A stretch of DNA of 34,184 nt, taken from positions 1,775 to 35,958 of the forward strand of contig CAZNWQ010000002.1 in NCBI GenBank assembly GCA_964576965.1. Direction: 5' to 3'. Both the position numbers and the translations under genes were made by a program. Below the pieces are notes generated by a model, which worked only from the letters and a program-made list of their open reading frames with translations, ran no database searches and was not told the DNA's origin. The DNA comes from an uncultured Dehalococcoidia bacterium (GTDB lineage: Bacteria > Chloroflexota > Dehalococcoidia > Lucifugimonadales > UBA2985). Shown in pieces: positions 29,152 through 34,184 of this stretch; position 1 is the first letter of the stretch; every line of letters begins with the position of its first letter.

Positions 29152-30455
29152 TCCCAATCCATCTCCCAAGTACCTATTCTTACGGTCGTGCCCGACCCTA
29201 TCCCTGCTTTTTCTAGGGCTCTTACAACTCCTAGTCGCTTTAGTTCATTCATCACTTGAGCCAGTATGATTTTGTCTTCTGTTTTTGCTTTTCTAACAAT
29301 TCTCTCCGCTTTGGAAGAGTTTACTAAAAACAGGTTGTTTTGCCTAATAACCTCTATTTTTTCCGTTCTGGGTTTGGGCGTTATAACAGAAATGTCTTTG
29401 TCTGTTTTTTTTGCGCTAATCTCTCCTTGTAGCTTTGTTTCGTTTAACGTCCTTGCTAGCTCTTGCATCAGATCGCTTACGCCTTCTCCATTTGCCGCTG
29501 ATACAAAATGAATTTTTCCTCTAGTTATTCCCTCATCAGCTTCTTCCTTCAAAAGGAGTAAAAGTTCGTTTTCTATCTCTTCTTTTCGCTCTTTAACTGA
29601 TATCAAGTCCACCTTGTTTACCGCTATTACCTCCCATTTGTCTAAAAGGTGTTTGTCATACAGGAGCATTTCTTCTTTTATTTGCTTGTAGTCTCTCGTT
29701 AAATCGTCAGACGTGCCATCCAATACATGGACTATTCCCTCTGTTCTCTTTGCGTGTCTTAAAAATTCATGGCCAAGGCCTGATCCTTTGTGGGCACCTT
29801 CGATTAATCCGGGTATCTCGGCTATAACAAACGTCCGGTATCCAACGTCTACTAGGCCTAAAACGGGCTCTAGAGTAGTAAAAGGATAATCTGCTACAGT
29901 GGGCCTCGCCCTAGAACAGGAGCCAAGGATGGATGATTTGCCTACGCTCGGTTTGCCTATAATGCCGACGTCTGCCAGAACTTGCAGTTCTAAAGACAGG
30001 GTCCTTTCACTGGTTTCTTCTCCACCCTCAGCCAGGAGGGGGGTTCTATTTTCTGAGCGTGCAAATTTTTTATTCCCTTTGCCGCCCTCCCCTCCAACTG
30101 CCAAAATAAACGTAGCCCCGTTTTCTGTTAGATCTGCAACTATCTCTTCTTGTCCTTCTTCGTCTTGTTCCTTTATTATTGTCCCGACAGGCACCTCTAG
30201 TATGCAATCTTTCCCTGACTTCCCCGATTTAAGACGACCCCTTCCGTTTTCTCCATCTCCAGCCTTAAATCTCCTGACAAATCTAAACGCCGTTAGCATG
30301 TGGTGCCCTTCTGAAGCAATAATTAATACATCCCCTCCTTTTCCTCCGTCGCCTCCATCAGGCCCTCCTAAAGGAACGTACTTCTCCCTTCGGAAGCTAA
30401 CACACCCTTCCCCTCCATTACCTGCTTTAATAGATATCTTTGCTGTATCAATCAT
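29148..30455 (-). CDS. obg: GTPase Obg/CgtA with a C-terminal Obg-CT extension
   Basis: 435 aa with the Gly-rich Obg fold MIDTAKISIKAGNGGEGCVSFRREKYVPLGGPDGGDGGKGGDV, G1 GKPSVGKSS, G3 IPGLIEGA and G4 NKVD. The start ATG aligns with canonical Obg N-termini. Confidence 0.93.
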   Translation of the reverse strand: MIDTAKISIKAGNGGEGCVSFRREKYVPLGGPDGGDGGKGGDVLIIASEGHHMLTAFRFVRRFKAGDGENGRGRLKSGKSGKDCILEVPVGTIIKEQDEEGQEEIVADLTENGATFILAVGGEGGKGNKKFARSENRTPLLAEGGEETSERTLSLELQVLADVGIIGKPSVGKSSILGSCSRARPTVADYPFTTLEPVLGLVDVGYRTFVIAEIPGLIEGAHKGSGLGHEFLRHAKRTEGIVHVLDGTSDDLTRDYKQIKEEMLLYDKHLLDKWEVIAVNKVDLISVKERKEEIENELLLLLKEEADEGITRGKIHFVSAANGEGVSDLMQELARTLNETKLQGEISAKKTDKDISVITPKPRTEKIEVIRQNNLFLVNSSKAERIVRKAKTEDKIILAQVMNELKRLGVVRALEKAGIGSGTTVRIGTWEMDWE

Positions 30456-30509
30456 TTTTATATAGGTTATATATATTTATATATATAATGTATCTAATAG
30501 TATCAATAT
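30456..30509. other. Strongly AT-rich tract with alternating TA runs (obg promoter region and/or candidate DNA-unwinding element)
   Basis: Read directly: tttatataggttatatatatttatatatataatgtatctaatagtatcaatatg. It lies in the obg-dnaA intergenic region. Confidence 0.3.
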
Positions 30510-30597
30510 GAAGTTGCAAAGAGTATAAAGAGTAATTCGGAATCAGACAAGGTAAAGGGAAGGTGTGTGTAGACGGGGTTTTCATCAAGACAAAGTT

Positions 30598-30626
30598 AGG
30601 GGAAAAAGGGAAAAAAGGGAAAAAAG
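30598..30626. repeat. 29-nt homopurine tract aGGGGAAAAAGGGAAAAAAGGGAAAAAAg (three G3-4A5-6 units of about 9 bp)
   Basis: Read directly. It ends one base before the dnaA stop codon (30627-30629). On the dnaA mRNA strand it is a pure pyrimidine run, CUUUUUUCCCUUUUUUCCCUUUUUCCCCU. Confidence 0.95.
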
Positions 30627-31979
30627 TTAATCATTGTTTAAGAAATCTTGTATTGCAGAGATTTCTTGGCGTAGTACGGTGTCCTCTTTAAGAAGAGACG
30701 TTATCTTTGTCCAAGAATGCCGGATTGTGGAATAGTCTCTTCCACCCAGAACAGAGGCTATTCCAGAAAGAGACATTTCGCCGTTCTCTCGCAACAAATA
30801 AACAGCAGCTTGTCTAGCACGAGAGACTGAGCGGTCCTTTCTGTTACCTGCGAGAAGGCGACCGTCGATCTTGTAGAAGGACGCGACTTGAGACAAAATC
30901 TGATCAGCGGAAGGAATAACCTTATTCGAAGAAGACAGGAGGTCAGATAAACTGTGATTTGCCACTTCCAGAGAAAGAGGGACCGATGTCAGGTCTGAAT
31001 AGGCAAAAACTCGATTAAGGGCGCCTTCCAACTCTCTTACGCTAGAAGAAAAATGGGCAGCTATGAACGAAAGAACCTCAGCCGGAACTGGGGACCCCAA
31101 AGATGCTGCTTTAGCTGAAAGTATGGCCAGGCGAGTCTCTTGGTCTGGCCTTTGTATGTCGGCCGATAGACCCCAGTCGAACCTCGAAAGAAGACGCTCT
31201 TCTAAATATTTAAGAGAGGCGGACGGACGGTCACAAGCCAGAACAATCTGCTTGTTGTTATTATGCAGCTCGTTAAATGTATGGAAAAATCCTTCTTGAA
31301 TAGCCTCTTTGCCTGCTATGAACTGTATGTCGTCGACCAGCAACACATCAGCAGAGCGAAATTTATTTCGAAACTCTCGTGTTTTCTTGGTTTGAATAGA
31401 CAAAATGAATTCATTAGTAAACTGCTCGGAATTGATATAAACACAGTTTAGTCCTTGGTTTAGGAATGTTCTGCCTATACCCTGCAGAAGGTGAGTCTTG
31501 CCCAATCCTACGCCCCCGTACAAAAATAACGGGTTATAGGCAACACCAGGATTATTAGTAACGGCGAGGGCCGCTGCATGGGCAAATTGATTTGAAGCCC
31601 CCACGACGAAGGAATCAAGGGTATATTTTGGGTTAAGCTTCGAGTAATCCGGAGACGGCCCCCAGGCAGCACGATTGGCAGGCCTGCCTCCGGGCGTGCT
31701 GTTTGATATTGGTGGCTGAGGAGTGGTGCCTGATACAACGAAGCAAACGTCGCACTGAGTCCCAAGAACTTTTGTCGCGGTCGTCTGTATCAGGTTTATC
31801 ATGCGAGACTCCAACATTTGCGAATGAAAAGACGAAGGGGCGCCAATAGTGAGCAGGTTTTTCTCAAAAGAAACCCCGACGGTAGGTTTAAGCCATGTAA
31901 GGTATGAGGGACGACTCATTTGTACCTCAAGGTGTCCCAACACGGCTTGCCAGATTTGATTAGGCGTTAATTCGCGCAA
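30627..31979 (-). CDS. dnaA: Chromosomal replication initiator protein DnaA
   Basis: AAA+ Walker A GGVGLGKTHLLQ, Walker B LLVDDIQF, and domain IV ...SRARQAAVYLLRE...GGRDYSTIRHS. There is no in-frame ATG near the N-terminus. I chose TTG 31979 (LRELTPNQIWQ...) because GGGAG lies 8 nt upstream. The longest ORF starts at TTG 32012. Confidence 0.9.
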   Translation of the reverse strand: MRELTPNQIWQAVLGHLEVQMSRPSYLTWLKPTVGVSFEKNLLTIGAPSSFHSQMLESRMINLIQTTATKVLGTQCDVCFVVSGTTPQPPISNSTPGGRPANRAAWGPSPDYSKLNPKYTLDSFVVGASNQFAHAAALAVTNNPGVAYNPLFLYGGVGLGKTHLLQGIGRTFLNQGLNCVYINSEQFTNEFILSIQTKKTREFRNKFRSADVLLVDDIQFIAGKEAIQEGFFHTFNELHNNNKQIVLACDRPSASLKYLEERLLSRFDWGLSADIQRPDQETRLAILSAKAASLGSPVPAEVLSFIAAHFSSSVRELEGALNRVFAYSDLTSVPLSLEVANHSLSDLLSSSNKVIPSADQILSQVASFYKIDGRLLAGNRKDRSVSRARQAAVYLLRENGEMSLSGIASVLGGRDYSTIRHSWTKITSLLKEDTVLRQEISAIQDFLNND

Positions 31980-32164
31980 AGCGGCTTCTCCCAAAAGAAT
32001 ATAACAATACAAAAAAGACTAATAGAAAAGGACGGTATAAGAGAGCGAGTAATCGCTAAAAAAGAACTCTACATCAACGGCATAGAGTAAATCGATTGTT
32101 GTTTAAAATAATCAACAAGAACACCACGCCACTACAATATACAGGATGTTTTTCGTGGAGTCCC

Positions 32165-32184
32165 AAGGGGAAAAAAAGAAAAAA
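32165..32184. repeat. Second homopurine G4A7GA6 tract (aaGGGGAAAAAAAGAAAAAA) upstream of dnaA
   Basis: Read directly. It has the same strand and the same G4-A-run architecture as 30598-30626, and lies on the other side of dnaA. Confidence 0.85.
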
Positions 32185-32268
32185 TTTGCTATTTTTCTGT
32201 AATTATTGTTGCCGCAGTCATGAGGTTATATAATTGAATTAAAATCATTTTACAAAAGAGCTAAATTA

Positions 32269-33216
32269 ATGAAAGTTGTATACATGGGAACCCCTGGATA
32301 TGCAACATATCCACTAGAAAAACTGTTGTCAGGGGGACATGACATAGTCGGGGTTTTTACCCAACCAGACAGGCAAGCAGGCAGGGGGCGACAGATGAAA
32401 CCGCCTCCGGTTAAGGTGATGGCAGAAAGCAAAGGACTAGACGTTTTCCAACCCAAATCGCTTAGGAGCGAGAGTTGTGTGACCGCCCTAGAAAAACTCA
32501 GACCAGACATAATAGTCATTGCTGCATATGGAATAATACTCCCGCCTGTAGTGCTAAGAATCCCTGCAGTGGGCTCGTTAAATATACACCCCTCCTTATT
32601 GCCCCTATATAGGGGCCCAACTCCGGTGGCAACCGCGATTCTAAACGGAGATCCGGTCACTGGAGTAACAATTATGGAGGTCGATGAAGGAACTGATACA
32701 GGACGGGTCATAGCTCAACAAGAAGAACAAATAAAAGACGAGGACACAACACTTGATCTAACGTATAGATTGTTCAAAAAGGGAGCCAGTCTATTAGAGC
32801 AACAGATAGCAGACTATAGTGAAGGCAAAATAAGGTTATCTGAACAAGAAGAAACAAAAGCCACATACACGGAAAAGCTGGCCAAGGATAGCGGCGAAAT
32901 TGATTGGGGCCAACCGGCAATAAACATTTGGAGGCAAGTAAAAGCCTATACTCCCTGGCCGGGGTCATACACCAGATGGAACAATAAAAGAATAAAACTA
33001 TTAGACGTCTGGCCTGGTGACCTCAATATAAATCCGATAGCCGAAATAGGAACAGTGTTAGTGGATGAGACAAAGCGACCATATGTTTGTAGTGTTCAAA
33101 CAGGCCATGGTTTATTAACACTTAAAACAATACAGATGGAAGGCAAGCAAGCAACAGAGATAGAATCCTTTGTTAATGGACGCCCAGATTTTACCAAAGC
33201 CAACTTGGCCCGGTAG
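32269..33216 (+). CDS. fmt: Methionyl-tRNA formyltransferase
   Basis: 315 aa with MKVVYMGTPGYA, FTQPDRQAGRGRQ and SLNIHPSLLPLYRGPTP. Confidence 0.92.
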   Translation: MKVVYMGTPGYATYPLEKLLSGGHDIVGVFTQPDRQAGRGRQMKPPPVKVMAESKGLDVFQPKSLRSESCVTALEKLRPDIIVIAAYGIILPPVVLRIPAVGSLNIHPSLLPLYRGPTPVATAILNGDPVTGVTIMEVDEGTDTGRVIAQQEEQIKDEDTTLDLTYRLFKKGASLLEQQIADYSEGKIRLSEQEETKATYTEKLAKDSGEIDWGQPAINIWRQVKAYTPWPGSYTRWNNKRIKLLDVWPGDLNINPIAEIGTVLVDETKRPYVCSVQTGHGLLTLKTIQMEGKQATEIESFVNGRPDFTKANLAR

Positions 33217-33225
33217 ACAACGGTT

Positions 33226-33882
33226 CTATTCTTGTGGCGCTTCTGTTTCAGTGGCAGGTACTGCTTCAGCCGATAGATCTACAGAGCCATCGTCGACATC
33301 AGATCCTCTGGCAGTCCGCGCCGCTCTCGGTGCGGAAACTCGGGCTATAAGGTCTTCCGTGTCTGACAAGACCTTTATTCCAGACGGAGGTGAGTAATCC
33401 TTCACTCTTATAGATGAGTCTATTTCTTCTAAAACGGAGATGTCGATTTCTATTCTTTCGGGTGTTTCTAGGGGCAAACACTCTACGGACAGGAATTGTA
33501 TGCCCTGGCTCAATACACCTTGGTTCATCCGAACGGCAGGGGATTCTCCTGTTAAAGAAATTGGAACATCTCTTTTCATGGATTGGCTAGTATCAACTCG
33601 CAAGAAATCTACGTGCAGTATTTCATCGGAAGAAGGGTCGTATTGAACTTCTCCAACGAAAGCCAAGCTTTGTTCGTTTGAGTCGGACTGGCTTATAGTT
33701 ACAGGTATATTATGCCCTGCCAGATTAACAATTCTCGACACATCGGAACTTTTTGCCTGAAGCGAAGATGATGATATGCCTCGACCGTAAAGATGAAGCG
33801 GAGTGATTCCCTCTTTGCGAAGGGCGCTGACTTTTTTCCTCTGAATAATTCTATGACTAACGTCTAGGGAAAGGGTATCCAT
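33226..33882 (-). CDS. rplY: 50S ribosomal protein L25 (long Ctc / general-stress form) with an acidic C-terminal tail
   Basis: 218 aa with ...KKVSALRKEGITPLHLYGRG... A perfect SD, AAGGAGA (33894-33888), lies 5 nt upstream of the ATG. The C-terminal tail is low-complexity and rich in Ala, Glu and Thr. Confidence 0.85.
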   Translation of the reverse strand: MDTLSLDVSHRIIQRKKVSALRKEGITPLHLYGRGISSSSLQAKSSDVSRIVNLAGHNIPVTISQSDSNEQSLAFVGEVQYDPSSDEILHVDFLRVDTSQSMKRDVPISLTGESPAVRMNQGVLSQGIQFLSVECLPLETPERIEIDISVLEEIDSSIRVKDYSPPSGIKVLSDTEDLIARVSAPRAARTARGSDVDDGSVDLSAEAVPATETEAPQE

Positions 33883-33937
33883 TTTTGTCTCCTTGGAGGT
33901 TTAAGTAATTTATCAAACACCATAATATAGCTTGTAC

Positions 33938-33966
33938 TTGAAGCTGTACAGAGGTAATGATATAAT
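33938..33966 (+). promoter_or_regulatory. Strong sigma70-type promoter with an extended -10, for the Rrf2-family gene
   Basis: TTGAAG (33938-33943), a 17-nt spacer, then TGaTATAAT (33958-33966). AGGAG (33986-33990) lies 8 nt before ATG 33999. Confidence 0.6.
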
Positions 33967-33998
33967 TCTGTTCCCTTAACACAACAGGAGTAGATGGG

Positions 33999-34184
33999 AT
34001 GAAGGTGCCAATGAAAGTAGACTACGGGGTCCGAGCGCTAGTAGAGTTAGCGCAAGGATACGGAGGCGGTGCGGTTAGCACCACAGAGATAGCGGACCGC
34101 CAACACATCCCGGAAGCGTATTTGAATCAACTTTTGATGACCTTAGGAAAAGTTGGTTTGATTAGTAGTAGACGAGGACCCCAA
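33999..34184 (+). CDS. Rrf2-family transcriptional regulator (IscR/BadM-like), 3'-truncated by the window edge
   Basis: My own translation: MKVPMKVDYGVRALVELAQGYGGGAVSTTEIADRQHIPEAYLNQLLMTLGKVGLISSRRGPQ. This is the typical Rrf2 winged-helix N-terminus, and the frame is open to the window end. Confidence 0.8.
   Translation, partial: MKVPMKVDYGVRALVELAQGYGGGAVSTTEIADRQHIPEAYLNQLLMTLGKVGLISSRRGPQ

Noticed and set aside
29899-30465. A 188-aa Ser/Pro-rich ORF antisense to obg.
   Set aside because: It mirrors the Gly-rich Obg fold, since GGx codons read antisense give Pro/Ser. It is a frame artefact rather than a gene.
32144-32200. A small ORF, MFFVESQGEKKKKFAIFL (18 aa), in the dnaA-fmt spacer. 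Mini-ORFs of 7-18 aa also occur in 23352-23688.
   Set aside because: There is no properly spaced SD. The Lys run simply reflects the homopurine A-tract, and conservation cannot be assessed here.
30456-32268. Consensus DnaA boxes (TTATCCACA/TGTGGATAA) in the dnaA flanks.
   Set aside because: No perfect or one-mismatch copy was found by eye. The best matches are 6-7/9 (TAATCAACA at 32110-32118; GTATCAATA at about 30500-30508). The origin call is therefore kept as a low-confidence candidate only.
32250-32711. A 153-aa ORF antisense to fmt. Antisense ORFs also occur within trpE, pyrE, gyrB, lpdA, dnaA and the PEPCK-like gene.
   Set aside because: All are nested opposite strongly supported genes, have no SD and contain no recognisable motifs.

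Overview
This is a chromosomal, almost entirely housekeeping window from a compact, moderately AT-rich bacterial genome. Many genes overlap at ATGA/TAATG junctions, and convergent genes end 9-23 bp apart. I found no rRNA, tRNA, CRISPR array, transposase, integrase or obvious defence/toxin module by eye.

Gene content, left to right:
- nuoD(partial)-H-I-J-K-L-M-N, with nuoD abutting nuoH, so there is no nuoEFG in this operon.
- A double-length tandem-domain ThyX, then gyrA.
- A peptidase-C26/class-I amidotransferase.
- A 762-aa, highly divergent PEP-carboxykinase-fold protein.
- A lone lpdA.
- gatC-gatA followed by an Lrp/AsnC regulator and a class-I aminotransferase.
- A trpS / IMPase-family / alpha-beta-hydrolase operon.
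- gyrB.
- A co-directional minus-strand block: sortase-trpE-pyrE-nadD-obg-dnaA.
- fmt, rplY (Ctc-type L25) and the start of an Rrf2-family regulator.

dnaA is flanked by two non-coding regions carrying AT-rich and homopurine G(3-4)A(5-7) repeats, which makes this a candidate replication-origin neighbourhood.

Items most worth follow-up:
1. The oversized PEPCK-like ORF, which has apparent substitutions at metal-ligand positions.
2. The fused ThyX, in which the two halves have lost different parts of the ThyX motif.
3. An in-frame duplication of the first NuoJ transmembrane helix.
4. Short tandem repeats placed immediately 3' of the lpdA and dnaA stop codons.
5. A 337-bp non-coding gap between trpS and gyrB.

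I see no convincing multi-gene novel system here. The findings are single-gene or non-coding curiosities, and all functional calls rest on motif recognition by eye. The lineage guess (a monoderm-like organism, possibly Chloroflexota) is low-confidence inference.
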